From: an uncultured Chloroflexia bacterium
GTDB lineage: Bacteria; Chloroflexota; Anaerolineae; CG2-30-64-16
Direction of reading: 5' to 3'
NCBI GenBank assembly: GCA_963774265.1
Contig: CAVZDU010000001.1
Coordinates: forward strand, 1,376,001-1,440,000
DNA length: 64,000 nucleotides
The notes below the pieces were generated by a model. The model saw only the letters and a program-made list of their open reading frames with translations. It did no database searches and was not told the origin of the DNA. This document shows positions 42,175-52,790 of the stretch, piece after piece (position 1 is the stretch's first letter; each line of letters begins with the position of its first letter). The position numbers and the translations under genes were made by a program.

Positions 42175-44187
42175 ATGATGGAGTCCTCGGGCCTGACGTG
42201 GCCCGTGATCCTGGCGTTCGCGAATCTCCTGCTTTCCTCAGCCATCGTAATCACTGCTTTCTCGCTTCTCGGGTTCATGTTGACCCGGAACCTGCGCAGT
42301 GCGGTGGCCCAGACGTTTAGCGTGCTCCTCACCTGTGTGCTGATCGTCTTCGCGGTAGACATCATCAGCGCGCGCGTGGAGACCACGCATGCTGCGCTTG
42401 TGTGGCTTCGTGTGCAGTGGATTGGGATCGCTTTGGTTCCCGCAGCCTACCTGCATTTCTCAGATGCTGTGCTGCGCACCACCTGGCACTGGTCGTTGCG
42501 CCGGCGTGCCGTCGTCATCGCCAGTTATATCGTGAGCGCTGCGTTACTGTTGCTGGCCTTGTTCACCGACACGCTGGTTTACGATGGGCCATACGCACCG
42601 GGTGTCCCTCACCTTTCGGCCGGCACTGTATTTCCCTTTTTCGTGGCTTACTTTGTGGCGACGGCGATATATGGCGCGTGGAATGTGTATCGCGCCCGTC
42701 GGCGGTGCCTCACCCCCACCTCCCGCCGTCGAATGACGTATCTCACGTTGTCTTTTGCAGCGCCCGGTCTTGGCGTGTTCCCGTACTTGCTGACTCTGGG
42801 ATCGGCCGAGAACCTGCCATCATCGTTGATTCTCGTGCTCGCCATGATTGGGAACTTCGCCGTCGGTACTATGCTCGTCGTAATGGCTTATAGCGTCACG
42901 TACCTGGGCGTGTTATCACCCGAGCGCGTCATCAAGCACGATCTACTCCACTACCTGCTGCGCGGTCCCGTAGTGGGCACCCTGGTGATCGTTGTCATGC
43001 TGGTCATCCCTCGCGTCGAGCTAATTCTTGGCCTCCCTCGCGACACGGCACTGATCTTCGCGGTCGTCGGTGTCATGGTTGTCGGCCAGTTGGCGGTTGG
43101 TCTGGCGAAACCCTGGATTGATCGCTTGCTCTATCCTGAGGACCGCGAGGAGATCACCTGGATTCAGACGCTCGATCGTCGCCTGCTGACGTCCAGCGAT
43201 CTACGCCAGTTTCTAACCAACATTCTCATCAGCCTTTGCGAGTTGTTGCGCGTGCCCAACGGCTTTGTCATGGTGCAAACGGATGAAGGTTTACGCCTGG
43301 AAGCCGTCGCCGGCGATGTCAAAGCGCCTTCTGCCTATGTCGCAAGTAAGAACGCCGCAGAAATCTGGCAGCAATTTGCAGCGAATGCCGGACCATTGGA
43401 TGAAGATGATCGCCCGAGTGGAGATGACTTGTCGTTCGCCTTCCAGTCTGACGCCGGTTTCTGGTTCTGTCCTCTGCACAGTCAGGACGGCGGCAAACTG
43501 CTGGGATTGCTAGCGGTGGTCGCACGGACGAACGAAGTTCAGATGGATGAAGACGAACAAGCCGAAGCGGAGGCGCTTCTTACACAGGCTGCCGCTGCAA
43601 TGGCTGATCGGTATGTCCAGGAAGGCGTTTTCGCGACCCTTCAGCGCATCCTGCCTGACCTTGAGCGTATCCAGGAGTGGCGCGGCGCAGTACGTTACGC
43701 GTCTCCGTTGCCTTCGCACGACATGGTGTCGGCTGAACCTGCAACCGATACGCAGCAGATGCTCGCACAGACGACCTGGCAGCAGTGGGTCAAGGATGCC
43801 CTGAGTCACTACTGGGGAGGGCCGAAGCTGACTGAGAGCCCACTGATGGACCTCAGATTAGTACGCCGCCGGCTGAAGGCTTCCGATGGCAATTTGACCG
43901 CTGCATTGCGCTCGGTGTTGCAGGAGGCGATCGAGCGCCAGAAGCCACCTGGTGAACGGAAGCTTACGGCATCCGAATGGTTGGTGTACAATATACTTGA
44001 TATGCGATTCGTTCAGGGCCAGCGCGTCCTGGACATTTCGCGGCGGCTGTCGATGAGTGAGTCGGATCTCTATCGCAAGCAGCGGGTAGCGGTGGCAGCA
44101 GTGGCACGAACGTTGGCCGAAATGGAGTCATCTGACGCCGGCGATACTGGCGATTGGCCTCCGCCGGAGCGGCAGAGGGTTGGATAA
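42175..44187 (+). CDS. Membrane sensor (histidine-kinase N-terminal 7TM-like) with a GAF-like region and a C-terminal HTH; no kinase core
   Basis: About 9 TM segments incl. WLRVQWIG..VPAAYLHF; C-terminal YNILDMRFVQGQRVLDISRRLSMSESDLYRKQR HTH; no H/N/G boxes seen. Confidence 0.75.
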   Translation: MMESSGLTWPVILAFANLLLSSAIVITAFSLLGFMLTRNLRSAVAQTFSVLLTCVLIVFAVDIISARVETTHAALVWLRVQWIGIALVPAAYLHFSDAVLRTTWHWSLRRRAVVIASYIVSAALLLLALFTDTLVYDGPYAPGVPHLSAGTVFPFFVAYFVATAIYGAWNVYRARRRCLTPTSRRRMTYLTLSFAAPGLGVFPYLLTLGSAENLPSSLILVLAMIGNFAVGTMLVVMAYSVTYLGVLSPERVIKHDLLHYLLRGPVVGTLVIVVMLVIPRVELILGLPRDTALIFAVVGVMVVGQLAVGLAKPWIDRLLYPEDREEITWIQTLDRRLLTSSDLRQFLTNILISLCELLRVPNGFVMVQTDEGLRLEAVAGDVKAPSAYVASKNAAEIWQQFAANAGPLDEDDRPSGDDLSFAFQSDAGFWFCPLHSQDGGKLLGLLAVVARTNEVQMDEDEQAEAEALLTQAAAAMADRYVQEGVFATLQRILPDLERIQEWRGAVRYASPLPSHDMVSAEPATDTQQMLAQTTWQQWVKDALSHYWGGPKLTESPLMDLRLVRRRLKASDGNLTAALRSVLQEAIERQKPPGERKLTASEWLVYNILDMRFVQGQRVLDISRRLSMSESDLYRKQRVAVAAVARTLAEMESSDAGDTGDWPPPERQRVG

Positions 44188-44237
44188 GTAGATTCTCTGG
44201 TGATGACCAGATCATCACCGGTAATAGGAGTTTTTGA

Positions 44238-45230
44238 ATGGACGACGGATACTGGGCGGCGCTCCTGCGAGATATTGAAGAGGAACCAGAGACCCCTCGG
44301 CCGCAGATAGGGGCGGATGATGCAAGTGGCGAAGCAGGAAGCCTGTCGAGCGCCCGCCGCTGGTCGAGTACGGCCGGATCAGACAGCGAGGTCGACTGGC
44401 AGCGAGCGGAGACGTTGTTGGCGAGCAGCGAAGTTGCTGAAGTCAGGATTTCGGGTTTCAATCGTGGTGGGCTGCTGGCGGATTTTGGCGCCTTGCAGGG
44501 CTTTATCCCTGCCTCCCATTTGGTGACGCCGCTGCCCGGTCAGTCACAGGAGCAGCGCGCTGCCGGTTTGGCTGCCCGCATCAGTGAGACGCTGACTGTG
44601 CGGGTCGTTGAGATTGATCGCGGGCGATGTCGCCTGATCCTCTCCGAACGCATGGCCCGTGATAACAGCAAGGAAACCGAGCTGCTTGCCAGCCTTGAAC
44701 CGGGTCAGGTGCACAGCGGCCAGGTCACGAGTCTGTGCCCCTTCGGCGCGTTCGTGGACCTCGGCGGCTTTGAGGGTCTGATTCATATCTCCGAACTGTC
44801 TTGGGGCAGGGTCGGCGCGCCGGGTGATGTCGTGACCCCCGGCGATAGGGTGCAGGTGCTGGTGCTGGAGACAAACCCGGGCGAGCAGAAGGTAGCGCTC
44901 AGTCTCAAGCGCCTCTTGCCGGACCCCTGGCAGGGGGTGGAGGAGCGGTATCACCCGGGGCAGGCTGTCGAGGCGATCATCACCAATGTGGTCAATTTCG
45001 GCGCGTTCGCCCGCCTGGAGGAGGGTCTTGAGGGCCTGATCCACGTTTCCGAATTGGCTGAAGGAAGCTTCATGCACCCACGCAACGTCATCCGCGAAGG
45101 TGACAAAGTCCGGGCGCGCGTTATTGCCGTGGATGCAACAAAGCGTCGCATCGCTCTTACTCTACGTTCGCTGGATATGGCCTTACGCAACAATCAGGAA
45201 CCGCAGGGGTCGGATACCTGGGATCTCTAG
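44238..45230 (+). CDS. S1 RNA-binding domain protein (ribosomal protein S1 paralog, 3 S1 domains)
   Basis: GFIPASHL, FGAFVDLGGFEGLIHISELSW, FGAFARLEEGLEGLIHVSEL. Confidence 0.92.
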   Translation: MDDGYWAALLRDIEEEPETPRPQIGADDASGEAGSLSSARRWSSTAGSDSEVDWQRAETLLASSEVAEVRISGFNRGGLLADFGALQGFIPASHLVTPLPGQSQEQRAAGLAARISETLTVRVVEIDRGRCRLILSERMARDNSKETELLASLEPGQVHSGQVTSLCPFGAFVDLGGFEGLIHISELSWGRVGAPGDVVTPGDRVQVLVLETNPGEQKVALSLKRLLPDPWQGVEERYHPGQAVEAIITNVVNFGAFARLEEGLEGLIHVSELAEGSFMHPRNVIREGDKVRARVIAVDATKRRIALTLRSLDMALRNNQEPQGSDTWDL

Positions 45231-45272
45231 CCGCGTGGCGCCCAACCCCGCCCCTGCCATAGAGCTGGCGAT

Positions 45273-47364
45273 TTGAAACGAAGCGTTCAGGACATCGTTG
45301 GTTGGGCTATCGCGGGCTTCACTCTGGTAGCCCTGGCGTTGCTCGCTCTGGATTTTGGGCTGAGTGCGCCGCTGCTTCGCTTGCTTTTCGGTTGGGGCGC
45401 CTACCTGCTTCCGCCCGCGTTACTGGTCGGTGGACTTTCTCTCGCCTTCGCTGAACGGCGGGGTTGGCAAGTGCGTTTCATCGGAATTGCCAGCGCCGAA
45501 GCGATCTTTTTGTGTCTCCTCGCCTTGAGTCATCTTGGATCGGAAGCGGGCCTGGCGGACGCCTTGCTCGGACGCCGCGGTGGTCTTGCTGGCTGGGGTA
45601 TCAGCCAGTTCCTGCTTTTGTTCCTGCCGCCTGTCCTGGTCTGGACGGTCTTCATTCTGGCTGTGCTTGCGGGTCTCGTGGGGGTCTATGTTAATCTTCC
45701 TCCGTCCTGGCAAGTTATCCCGTCCGCTCTGTGGGATAAGATTCGCGCCGCGTTGGCGCCCACCGGGCGCGCCGCGCCTGATGTAGAGGATGCTCGGGAG
45801 GCGCGGGCGCCGCTTGTTCTTGATGACAGCCCCCAACCCAAAAGCAAGGATCTCTCCCGGCGGCGTCGGCCGCGCAACGCCCAGCTTGTCAAGCGCCCAG
45901 AGTGGCTCCCGCCGCTGGACCTCTTGCGCTCCGATCCAGGAGGCAATGGTCCTGGGACATCGAACGCCTATTCACCTAACGCGCGCCAGCGCGCACAGCT
46001 CATCAAGCATACCCTTGCTGACTTTGGCGTGCCCGTCGAAGTGGTGAGCATCAAGGAAGGACCGACTGTCACCCAGTTTGGCGTCGAACCGGGTGAGATC
46101 GTTAAGGAACGTGATGGCGAGATAATCCGCCGCCGCGTCTCAGTCCAGCGCATCTTGCGCCTGCGCGATGATCTGGCGTTAGAGCTTGCTGCTGCGTCCC
46201 TACGTATCGAGGCGCCGGTCCCTGGGCGGCCGTACGTGGGAATCGAGGTGCCGAACAGCGCAAAAACCCTGGTCAGCCTTCGCAATGTCATAGAATCCCA
46301 GAGCTTCGTTGCGGTTCGATCGCCGTTGGCTGTAGCGTTGGGTCGAGATGCGTCCGGAGACCCGGTGGTGACTGACCTCGGTAAGTTGCCTCATTTGCTG
46401 ATTGCTGGTGCGACCGGCTCCGGCAAATCGGTCTGTATCAATGCCATCGTGTGTAGCCTGTTGATGAGCAACGGCCCTGAAACGCTGCGGTTTCTCATGG
46501 TGGATCCCAAGATGGTCGAGCTGCCCGGCTATAACGGCATCCCTCACTTACTTGGGCCTGTGATTACCGATCCAGGGCAGGCTGCTGGCGCCCTCTCGTG
46601 GTTGATGCTCCAGATGGATGACCGATATCGCCTGTTTGCCGAGACAGGGGTTCGCAACATCGCCGAATTCAACCGTAAGGCCCTGCGCTCGCGCACCAAA
46701 CGCCCGCTGCCATATCTTGTTTTGATCATCGATGAGCTCGCCGATCTCATGATGACCGCGGCGGTGGATGTGGAGCGCCAATTGTGCCGTCTTGGGCAGA
46801 TGGCGCGCGCTACCGGCATTCACCTGGTGCTTGCAACTCAACGCCCCAGCGTTGATGTTATCACCGGGCTGATCAAGGCCAACTTCCCGGCGCGTATCGC
46901 CTTTGCCGTCACAACCCAGATTGACAGCCGCGTGATCCTGGATGTACCCGGGGCAGAAAAGCTGCTGGGCCGCGGCGACATGCTTTACATGGCGCCCGAC
47001 TCGGCCAAGCTGGCGCGCATCCAGGGTTGCTTCGTGTCCGACCGGGAGATCGAGCGGATCGTTGACTTCTGGACCACAGCGGCCTGAGAGCGAGGTCGAG
47101 CGGATGCCCATCTCGCCTCCGTGGGCGGGATTTGGCACGGGAGATCAAACGGATCAACTCCTGAACCAGGCCCTTAGGTTGCTGGAAAACAAAACGCACG
47201 TGTCGACAAGCCTGCTCCAACGCCAGTTGCGTATCGGCTTTCCCCGCGCTGCGCGACTCATGGATCAACTCGAGGAGATGGGGGCTGTCGCGGCCGACGA
47301 AGGCGGCGGCCGTTCCCGTGAAGTCCTGTATCGCCCGGAATCTGGCGTCGACGCCATACTTTGA
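45273..47364 (+). CDS. ftsK: DNA translocase FtsK/SpoIIIE, apparent frameshift ~47080
   Basis: N-terminal TMs, PHLLIAGATGSGKS, IIDELADLM, ATQRPS, GAEKLLGRGDML; gamma domain STSLLQRQLRIGFPRAARLMDQLE in the next frame. Confidence 0.93.
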
Positions 47365-47398
47365 GCACCACGACGAATGAGGTATAATGAAGGGCAAT

Positions 47399-47473
<75 letters not shown>

Positions 47474-47485
47474 ACCTGTCGTTGA

Positions 47486-47527
47486 CCTGGTCTCGCCTTT
47501 CCGTGCGGCAGACCAGGTTTTTCTTTT
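47486..47527 (+). terminator. Intrinsic terminator after tRNA-Val
   Basis: ACCTGGTCT...AGACCAGGT stem followed by a T-rich tail (TTTTCTTTT). Confidence 0.8.
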
Positions 47528-47555
47528 GCAACTGTATGCGTTGAGAGGATGCTCA

Positions 47556-48949
47556 ATGTCTGACCCAATTGTGACCCATCCTGACAGCCGTCGCAGCTTG
47601 CCCAGTGTTGACCGCCTTTTGGCTGTCCCTGCGCTCATGTCCTTTGCCGAGGAACATGGTCACACTGTGACTCTGGAAGCTGTGCGCGCTGCGCTGGTCG
47701 ACGCGCGCAGCCGGCTGGCCGAGGGCGAATCGGCGCCGGATCTCGCAGCATTGGCCGAAGACGCCCTCGCCCGCGCCCGCGACACAGTCACCGGAACACT
47801 CGTCCCAGTTATCAATGCCACCGGTGTCATTGTACACACGAACCTCGGTCGGGCTCCGCTTTCTCACTCGGCATACGCTGCGATGGAGTCAGTGGCTTCC
47901 GGCTACTCCAATTTGGAGTACGATCTCGAAGCTGGCGAACACGGGTCGCGGTACATCCACACCGAAGATTTGCTGCGCAAGCTGACCGGGGCTGAAGCAG
48001 CACTTGTGGTTAACAACAACGCCGGCGCCGTTTTCCTTACGCTTTCTGCGTTGGCGCGGGAGCGCGAAGTGGTCATCTCCCGCGGTCAATTGGTGGAGAT
48101 CGGAGGCGGCTTCCGAATCCCTGATGTCTTGCGCCAGAGTGGAGCTCGTCTCGTCGAAGTGGGGACGACCAACCGGACTCACAAGAGCGATTATGAGGGA
48201 GCCCTTAGCTCAGAGACGGCCCTGCTACTCCGGGTGCACTCTTCGAATTTCAAGCAAATCGGCTTTACCGCCGAGGTTGCTCTGACTGATATGGTGTCCC
48301 TGGCGAGAGCAGCCGGCGTCCTGGTCATCGATGATCTGGGCAGTGGCACCCTGCTGGACACATCGCGCTATGGTTTGGCCCGGGAGCCCATGATTCAAGA
48401 GAGCATCATGGCCGGTGCGGATCTTGTCACCTTCAGCGGCGACAAGCTTCTCGGCGGACCGCAGGCGGGTTTGATCGTGGGGCGGGCCGACCTCGTCGGG
48501 AGGTTGCGTCAACATCCCCTCGCACGCGCCTTACGGGTTGACAAGGCCACGCTCTCCGCACTTCAGGCCACCCTCCTGCATTACTTGCGCGGTGAAGCCG
48601 AGCGTGAGATCCCAGTGTGGCGGATGATCAGTACGCCGCGGGAGATTCTGTCGGCGCGCGCTGCTGACCTGGCTGCTGGTCTGCGCAGTCACGGCCTCGG
48701 CGCCAAGGTTGTATCCGTCGAGGGCATGGTGGGGGAGGATCATTGCCGGGCCAGATGTTGCCGAGCATCGCAGTCGCCGTGGCCACCCCTGTGCCCGACA
48801 TCTTGTCCACCGCGCTGCGGAAAGGCCAGCCTCCGGTTGTTGCGCGCATCGCAGACGACGAGCTGATGCTCGACATGCGAACGGTTCAACCCCACGAGGA
48901 CGAGAGTTTGTTACAGGCAATGTTGCGCGCCTGGAAGAAATCTGCCTAG
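47556..48949 (+). CDS. selA: L-seryl-tRNA(Sec) selenium transferase, apparent frameshift in the G-run ~48731
   Basis: VINATGVIVHTNLGRAPL, VVNNNA, SRGQLVEIGGGFRIPD, FSGDKLLGGPQAG; C-terminal LDMRTV in the next frame. Confidence 0.93.
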
Positions 48950-48958
48950 GGGAACGCG

Positions 48959-49363
48959 ATGACGCAAACTGCGACCTTCACTGCACGCATCATTCGCTCC
49001 GGCCGCGCTGAAGGACCGGCGTTGGTTTCTTCTGCGCCAATCGGTTTTCTCGGCGGGGTTGACCCGGACACAGGTGTTGTGCTGGAGCCCGGCCATCCAC
49101 TTCAAGGCCAGTCCATTAAGGGGACGGTGTTGGTCTTTCCGACTGGCAAGGGCAGCACGGTTGGCTCTTACACGATCCTGCGCCTGGCGCGCAGCGGCGC
49201 CGGACCTGTCGCTATCGTTAATGCCGAAAGCGAAGCTATCGTGGCGGTTGGGGCGATCATCAGCGACATTCCGATGGTTGATAAAGTAGACATAACGCAA
49301 ATAAAGGACGGCGACTGGGTCGTCGTCGATGGCGAGAAGGTGATTGTGACGCGGCAGACATGA
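48959..49363 (+). CDS. DUF126/aconitase X swivelling subunit (phosphomevalonate dehydratase small-subunit-like)
   Basis: GRAEGPALVS, FLGGVDPDTG, GHPL, VFPTGKGSTVGS, GAIISDIPMVD. Confidence 0.88.
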   Translation: MTQTATFTARIIRSGRAEGPALVSSAPIGFLGGVDPDTGVVLEPGHPLQGQSIKGTVLVFPTGKGSTVGSYTILRLARSGAGPVAIVNAESEAIVAVGAIISDIPMVDKVDITQIKDGDWVVVDGEKVIVTRQT

Positions 49364-50178
49364 CAGAGCTCGTCTTTCTGAAACTGGGCGGCTCCCTCCT
49401 CACGGACAAGACCCAGCCGCAGTCGCTCCGCGGGGACGTCCTTCGCCGCCTGGCAGGGGAGATCGCCGGCGCGCGGCTTGCTCGTCCGGACCTCAGATTG
49501 CTCTTGGGGCATGGCAGCGGCTCCTTCGGCCATGTTGGCGCCAAGCGCTACGGCACGCGTGAAGGTGTGCGGACTGCCGAGCAATGGCGCGGCTATGCTG
49601 AGACCGGCCGGCTGGCGTCGGAGCTGAATCGGCTGGTTGTTGATGCGCTATGGGATGCGGACATACCTGCACTGCGCGTGCAACCTTCCGCATCCGCCCT
49701 CTGTCATGATGGGGAACTACGTTCCCTGGCAGAACGTCCTTTAGTCGCCGGCATGGAACACGGTCTCGTTCCGGTGATCCACGGTGATGTCGCGCTCGAT
49801 GAAGTCCGTGGCGGGACGATCATTTCGACGGAAGAGATCTTTGCTTTCCTGGCTCCCAGGCTGTGGCCTGCGCGCGTTATCCTGGTGGGCGAGGTTGAGG
49901 GGGTCTTGACAGTGGATCCGGCCACGGCGATTGATGGTGAAGTGATCCGAAGCATCTCGCGCGTCTCGTTGTCCGCGCTGAGCCCTGCGCTCGGAGGTTC
50001 GCGCGGCGTCGATGTGACTGGCGGCATGATGACGAAGGTCCGGGAGATGTTGGACCTCGTCGAGAGCACTTCTGGCCTGAGTGCTGTTCACATCGTGTCC
50101 GGTTTGATCCCTGGGCTGTTGTGCGATGTGCTAAAGCATCCTGACGTGCCGGCAGGCACTCGGATCGTGGCCGGGTGA
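49360..50178 (+). CDS. Isopentenyl phosphate kinase (amino-acid-kinase fold)
   Basis: LKLGGSLLTDK, IPK signature HGSGSFGH, PVIHGDV, ISTE, DVTGGM. Confidence 0.87.
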   Translation: MTELVFLKLGGSLLTDKTQPQSLRGDVLRRLAGEIAGARLARPDLRLLLGHGSGSFGHVGAKRYGTREGVRTAEQWRGYAETGRLASELNRLVVDALWDADIPALRVQPSASALCHDGELRSLAERPLVAGMEHGLVPVIHGDVALDEVRGGTIISTEEIFAFLAPRLWPARVILVGEVEGVLTVDPATAIDGEVIRSISRVSLSALSPALGGSRGVDVTGGMMTKVREMLDLVESTSGLSAVHIVSGLIPGLLCDVLKHPDVPAGTRIVAG

Positions 50179-50197
50179 AACCGTCCATACGGAAGCA

Positions 50198-50220
50198 TTC
50201 CTGCTGACGCAGGACCTTTT
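50198..50220 (+). terminator. Possible terminator after the IPK gene
   Basis: TCCTGC-tgac-GCAGGA-CCTTTT. Confidence 0.5.
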
Positions 50221-50303
50221 GCGAGTTATCATAAGAGTGAATATAATGAATATCCGCGTGTCGACCGAGAGACGTAGACATCGTGGGTAAGTGAGAGGTT
50301 TGA

Positions 50304-51401
50304 ATGTTGCTGACGGTTCTTTCGTTCATCCTGGTGATGGGCGTGGTAGTCTTTATACATGAACTCGGCCACCTGATTGCCGCCAAGCGCAATGGCATCA
50401 TCGTGGAGGAGTTCGGGTTGGGATATCCGCCGCGTTTGGTGAAGCTTTTCGAGCGGGGCGGCACAGTATATTCCATCAATGCGATTCCCTTCGGCGGCTT
50501 CGCACGCATGCGCGGGGAAGATGATCCGACCGAGCCCGGCAGCTTTGCTGCGGCATCTCGCTGGGCCCGTTTCGTTACTCTCTCTGCCGGTCCGGTCATG
50601 AATTTCTTGCTGGCCATTGTCCTCTTCGCCAGTATGAGTATGGTGCAGGGAATGCCGGATGCGAGCAAGCCGGGGGCCGTCGTCAATGCTCTTGTTTCGG
50701 GCGCGCCGGCCGAGCAGGCTGGCATGCTCATTAATGACCGTATCATTGCGGCGGATGGGCAGCCCGTAGTCAGTTTTGCTGACCTGCAGAGTTATACGTC
50801 GGCGCATTTGGGCCAACCCATTAAGTACACATTGGTCCGTTTGGATGAAACGACGGGTGCGGTGCAGAGGCTGGATATAACAGTCACGCCTCGTGCTAAT
50901 CCCCCGGAAAATGAGGGCGCACTGGGCATTCAGATTGGTTCGTTCATGCGGCCGACGCGTATCTGGGAAGCGGCTTGGACTGGCGTGCGCAGTGTGGGTG
51001 AGATCATTTACATGACCTTCGCAATTCCTGCCAACCTCATTCGTGAAGGACGGCCCATCGATGAGGCTGGTTTCATGGGGCCGGTGGGCATTGCGGCAAC
51101 CACGGGGCAATTCGTGCGCTACGGGTTGAGCACCGAATCGATCCAGCCCATTCTGTATCTCATCGCGGTGATTAGCGCTGCCCTGGGTCTCACCAACTTG
51201 TTGCCGATTCCGGCACTGGATGGCGGCCGTCTGCTCTTCCTGGCGGTTGAGACGATTCGCGGCCGGCGCATCGAACCAGCGCGTGAGGGCATGGTGCATC
51301 TGATCGGTTTCGGGCTGCTCTTGTTGCTGGTTGGGCTTCTTACCGTGCGGGAAGTCAGTTGGTTAATCAACGGCACGTTCCCCACAATAGGCTTGCCGTA
51401 A
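50304..51401 (+). CDS. rseP: Site-2 intramembrane metalloprotease with PDZ domain (M50)
   Basis: HELGH, IPFGGF, AGPVMN, PDZ region, NLLPIPALDGG. Confidence 0.93.
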   Translation: MLLTVLSFILVMGVVVFIHELGHLIAAKRNGIIVEEFGLGYPPRLVKLFERGGTVYSINAIPFGGFARMRGEDDPTEPGSFAAASRWARFVTLSAGPVMNFLLAIVLFASMSMVQGMPDASKPGAVVNALVSGAPAEQAGMLINDRIIAADGQPVVSFADLQSYTSAHLGQPIKYTLVRLDETTGAVQRLDITVTPRANPPENEGALGIQIGSFMRPTRIWEAAWTGVRSVGEIIYMTFAIPANLIREGRPIDEAGFMGPVGIAATTGQFVRYGLSTESIQPILYLIAVISAALGLTNLLPIPALDGGRLLFLAVETIRGRRIEPAREGMVHLIGFGLLLLLVGLLTVREVSWLINGTFPTIGLP

Positions 51402-51406
51402 CCCAG

Positions 51407-51430
51407 GCCACCACGCCCATGCGTGGTGGC
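51407..51430. other. Perfect 10-bp stem-loop after rseP
   Basis: GCCACCACGC-ccat-GCGTGGTGGC. Confidence 0.7.
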
Positions 51431-51491
51431 TACTTCGTTCCATAGGGACGGTTCCCTGTCCCAAAGGGATGGTTCCCAAAGGACAAGTTGT

Positions 51492-52742
51492 ATGTACTGT
51501 AGACGCTGCGGGGCGCCCCTACACCAGGGTGTGGTCATTTGCCCCGAATGCGGGGCCCGGCAGCGCCGCGGGCTAAGCGCTGTACGTTGTGCGCGCTGTG
51601 GTGACCGCGTGCCCCTCGGTTTGACTGTCTGCCCTCATTGCGGAAGAGATGTTCATGCCGCCGGTCCGCGGTGGGGCCTTTGGATCGCGGGGTTTGCCGT
51701 GGTGGCCCTGGCAGTGCTATGGGGATTCGGTAAACTGCCAATGGAAAGCATCCTCGACGAGATTGCGTCAGTTCGTACACGCGTCGAAGGTGTTGTGCGG
51801 GTTCTCGGCCCTGTTGCGTCCGACTTGACCGAGTCTCAGAGGGATGGCACCCAAACCCCAAGGGACGGTTCCCAGTCGGGCGCGGCTACAACAACGCCCC
51901 AAGTTATTGCAGAGTTGGATAATACGCCGCCAGCTGCCTCGATTGACCTCCCCGGGCCAGAATCGACGGAAAAGATTCCTGAAACTTCGACGCCGCTACC
52001 AAATCCCGAAGGGATGGTTACCAATTCCACCACCGAACCGACGGTGATGCCAACCCCAACACCAACGGATACTTCCACGCCGGAGCCCACGGCCACTGCG
52101 ACGGCCGTGCCGACGGAGACCGCGACCGCAGCCCCAACACAGGCGCCTGCAGCCACAGGACGAACGACCTATAAGGTGAAGTCAGGAGACACGTTGTCGG
52201 GTATTGCGGCGCAATTTGGGATCGCCTGGCAGGATCTCGCCGCTGCCAATAACCTCACAAGCCGGTCAACCTTGGGTGTAGGGCAAGAGTTAGTTGTTCC
52301 GGTAGGAGGGAGTGGGGCCCCAGCGCCTCCCACAGCTACGACCGCGCCCAGAGCTGCCCAGACAATCATGCCGTCCAGCCCGACGCCGGTGCAGTTGCTG
52401 TCCGCGCCCCAGTTGCTGAGCCCCGCGGATCAAACGCCATACTCGGGCGCGAACGCGGATTTGGAACTGGTCTGGTCGCCCGTCGCGGGGATTCCCTTTG
52501 GCGCCCAGTACCAGGTCTCAATTCGATGGATGGAGCAGGGCTCACCGATGGAGTATTCCGAACTCTACACAACTGCGACGAGCATCCGAATGCCGGAGTG
52601 GCTGTTTGCTAAGGCCGATCAGCCCGCGCGGCAGTACTCCTGGTCGGTGCGGGTAGTGCAGACGACGACTGACGGGCAGGGCGGACAGAAGGACATTTTG
52701 CTCAGTCCTTCCAGTGCGACCCAGGTGCTCTATTGGAACTAA
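51492..52742 (+). CDS. Double zinc ribbon - TM - T/P linker - LysM domain protein
   Basis: CRRC/CPEC/CARC/CPHC, one TM, LysM YKVKSGDTLSGIAAQFG...GQELVVP, C-terminal Ig-like region. Confidence 0.88.
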   Translation: MYCRRCGAPLHQGVVICPECGARQRRGLSAVRCARCGDRVPLGLTVCPHCGRDVHAAGPRWGLWIAGFAVVALAVLWGFGKLPMESILDEIASVRTRVEGVVRVLGPVASDLTESQRDGTQTPRDGSQSGAATTTPQVIAELDNTPPAASIDLPGPESTEKIPETSTPLPNPEGMVTNSTTEPTVMPTPTPTDTSTPEPTATATAVPTETATAAPTQAPAATGRTTYKVKSGDTLSGIAAQFGIAWQDLAAANNLTSRSTLGVGQELVVPVGGSGAPAPPTATTAPRAAQTIMPSSPTPVQLLSAPQLLSPADQTPYSGANADLELVWSPVAGIPFGAQYQVSIRWMEQGSPMEYSELYTTATSIRMPEWLFAKADQPARQYSWSVRVVQTTTDGQGGQKDILLSPSSATQVLYWN

Positions 52743-52790
52743 GGCCAGCAAGTCCCAACGGGATGGTTCCCAAAGACAACTGTGCTAAGT

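Noticed and set aside
47085-47087. TGA in ftsK (and at 54597) as selenocysteine readthrough, given the nearby selA
   Set aside because: The downstream coding sequence is in a different frame, so readthrough would not restore the protein.
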